A stretch of 64,000 nucleotides of DNA from an uncultured Acidobacteriota bacterium (GTDB lineage Bacteria; Acidobacteriota; Vicinamibacteria; Vicinamibacterales; UBA2999), in contig CAVUHC010000001.1 in assembly GCA_963741135.1 (NCBI GenBank), positions 3,322-67,321 on the forward strand. Reading direction: 5' to 3'. The notes below the pieces were generated by a model. It did not search any database. It was not told the origin of the DNA and worked only from the letters and a program-made list of their open reading frames with translations. A program made the translations under genes and the position numbers. How positions within the stretch are numbered: position 1 is the stretch's first letter; every line of letters starts with the position of its first letter. Shown one piece after another: positions 61,530-64,000 of this stretch.

Positions 61530-63190
61530 GCTCGTGAAGGACCTTGTCATCGCGGCGATGGCGCTGCTGCTGACGGGCACGCACGTCCCGAACGTGGCGT
61601 CTTCGGGACTGGCCGCAGTCGGCGTGGCCGCCGAACGGACGTCGGCGCGCAGAACTTCCGCGGACGAAGGTCGACATCCCCGAGCTCACGACAGCAGGGC
61701 GCACGATTCAGCGTGCCAGCCGGCGGTGACCTGCAGAAGGCGCTCGACGAAGCGAAGGGCGGCGATCGCATCGAGCTCGAGCCGCGGGCGACCGTACGAC
61801 GGTCCGTTCCGGCTGAGAGCGAAGGACGGCGACGAGTGGATCGTGATCACCTCGTCCGGCGCGCCGCCCAAGCCAGGCCATCACGTCCAGCCGTCGGAGG
61901 CCGCGCAGATGCCGAAGCTCGTCTCCGCCGGATCGACTTCGTCATCTTCGCCGAACCCGGCGCGCATCACTACCGACTCGTCGGCCTCGAGATCGCGCCG
62001 AAGGCCGGCTCGTTCGTGAACACGCTGGTCCAGCTCGGTGACACGGATGAAGACCTCGGCGGACGCCGTGCCGCATCACCTGATCATCGATCGCTGCTAC
62101 GTGCACGGCGACGCCAAGATCGGCGGACGCCGCGGCGTCGCGCTGAACGCGCGTCACGCCGCAGTCATCGATTCGTATCTCTCCGATTTCAAGGAGGTCG
62201 GCGCCGACTCGCAGGCCGTGTCGCGGCTGGAACGGCCCCGGGCCGTTCAGGATCGCGAACAACTACCTCGAAGCGAGCCGGCGAGAACATCATGTTCGGC
62301 GGCGCGGATCCGACGATTCCCGGACCTCGTGCCCGTCCGACATCGAGATCGTCCACAACCACCTCGCGAAGCCGCTGCGCTGGAAGGCAAGGGCGATCCC
62401 GACGTTCGAGGGCATCGAGTGGACCGTCAAGAACCTCTTCGAGCTGAAGAACGCGCGGCGCGTGCTCGTCGACGGCAATCTGTTCGAGTACAACTGGCCG
62501 CAGGCGCAGAACGGGTTCTCGATTCTCTTCACGGTGCGCAATCAGGACGGCGGCGCGCCGTGGTCGACGATCGAAGACGTGACGTTCACGAACAACCTCG
62601 TCCGGCATGTCGCCGCCGGCATCAACATGCTCGGGCGCGACGACAACCATCCCAGCCAGCAGGCGCGGCGCATCACGATGCGGAACAACGTGTTCCTCGA
62701 CGTGGGCGGCACGTGGGGCAACGGGCGGCTGTTCCAGCTGCTCGACGGCGACGAGCGACGTCACCATCGATCACAACACCGCGTTCCAGACCGGCAGCAT
62801 CCTGTTTGGCGGCGACCATGCGCCCCACACCGGATTCGTCTTCCAGAACAACATCGTGCATGCGGAACGAGAACGGCATCATCGGTCGGGCACCGGCGAA
62901 GGCACCGACACGCTCACGCGCTACTTCCCCGACGCGGTCGTTCCGTCGCAACGTGATCGTCGGCGGCAATGGCGGGCCGGTATCCGATCGGACAACTTCT
63001 TCCCGGCATCGCTGCAGGATGCGGGACTGGCGATCCCGCGCGACGGGGACTTCCGCCTGACGCTGGTGCGACCGTACTCGCGCGCGGCGACCGACGGCCG
63101 CGACCCCGGCGCCGACCTCGACGCCATCGCCAAGGCGCTCGACGGGCTCGCGGCTGCCGGTCTGCGTCCGCGCGCACGACGCCCACGCCG
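61522..63190 (+). CDS. Exported right-handed beta-helix (pectin lyase-like) protein, heavily frameshifted
   Basis: LQKALDEAKGGDRIEL, IIDRCYVHG, GENIMFGGADP, VKNLFELKNARRV and FTNNLVRHV. Confidence 0.75.
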
Positions 63191-64000
63191 ATGTCGATGG
63201 GAACGCATCGGTGCGCTGCCGTGGTGGCCAGGCAGCGCAGCCGGTGTTCTGGATCGTCGCTCGCGCTGCTCGGCTACGTGTACCTCGGCTATCCCGATCG
63301 TGGCGGCGCTGCGCGCGACTGCTGCTGGCCGAAGCCGCGCCTCCGGGCGCCGATCGAGCCGACGGTCTCGATCGTCGTCATCGCGCACAACGAAGCGGAG
63401 CGAATCGGCCCGCGCATCGAGAACCTGCTCGCGCTCGACTATCCGCGCGACCGGCTCGAGATCGTCATCGGCTCGGATGGATCGACCGACGAGACCGTCG
63501 CAGCGCGCGCTCGACGGTACGCGGCGATCGCGGCGTGACCGTGCGCGCCTTCCGCGAGCACCGCGGCAAGCCGGCGATCGTCAACGCGCTCGTCCCGATC
63601 GTGCGCGGCGAGATCGTGGTCTTCGCCGACGCGCGCCAGCGCTTCGATGCCGAGACCGTCCGCGCGCTCGTGGCCAACTTCGCCGACCCGCCGGTCGGCG
63701 CGCCAGCGGCGAGCTGGTGCTGACGGCCGACGGCGGCACCGCCGCCGCCGGCCACGGCACCGCGTTCTACTGGCGCTACGAGAAGTTCATTCGATCGACG
63801 GAAGGACGCGTCGGATTCGACCATCGGCGCGACCGGCGCGATCTACGCGATCCGCCGCGAGCTGTTCGAGCCGATTCCGGACGACACGCTTCTCGACGAC
63901 GTGCTGATTCCGCTGCGGATCGTCCGCCGCGGTTACCGCGTCGTGTTCGAGCCCGGACGCGCGCGCGCTACGACGCGGCGTCGGCGACCGCGCGGCAGGA
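63191..64000 (+). CDS. GT2 glycosyltransferase (PgaC/IcaA-like), partial, frameshifted
   Basis: YVYLGYP, VSIVVIAHNE, SDGSTD, RGK, VFADA, YWRYEK, GATGAIYAIRR and LLDD. Confidence 0.85.

Overview
GC-rich bacterial DNA whose gene content (Oar-type TonB-dependent receptor, DUF6152-like, NHL-repeat and HupE/UreJ-like proteins, GTAG-type REPs) suggests Acidobacteriota, probably Vicinamibacterales-like; this is an inference. The window has two halves split by an intact initiator tRNA-fMet gene (32262-32338, minus strand). Left of the tRNA (its downstream side, 1-32.2 kb) is a mosaic of decayed integrative elements. It holds four copies of the tRNA-fMet 3' end fused to a serine-recombinase att tail, fragments of other tRNAs (Asn x2, Arg 5' half, probable Lys and Pro), tandem 11-12 bp arm-like repeats and remnants of serine and tyrosine recombinases. 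It also holds IS903-like and rve/IS481-like elements, HigBA and HicAB toxin-antitoxin pairs, a HEPN-like gene and intact cargo: exported proteins, a TonB receptor, a ModE-like regulator with a short-chain CHR pair, a formyltransferase and a gluconolactonase. Right of the tRNA is core-like chromosome: lgt, a hybrid histidine kinase, msrPQ, a degenerate HisKA protein, two tandem sigma-54 activators and a degenerate GGDEF protein. These are followed by a 22-kb Wzx/Wzy-type exopolysaccharide operon that runs off the window. From about 38 kb onward many genes are frameshifted, most likely by long-read indel errors, so several long fused ORFs in the ORF track are artefacts. All product calls come from motif recognition by eye; no database searches were run.
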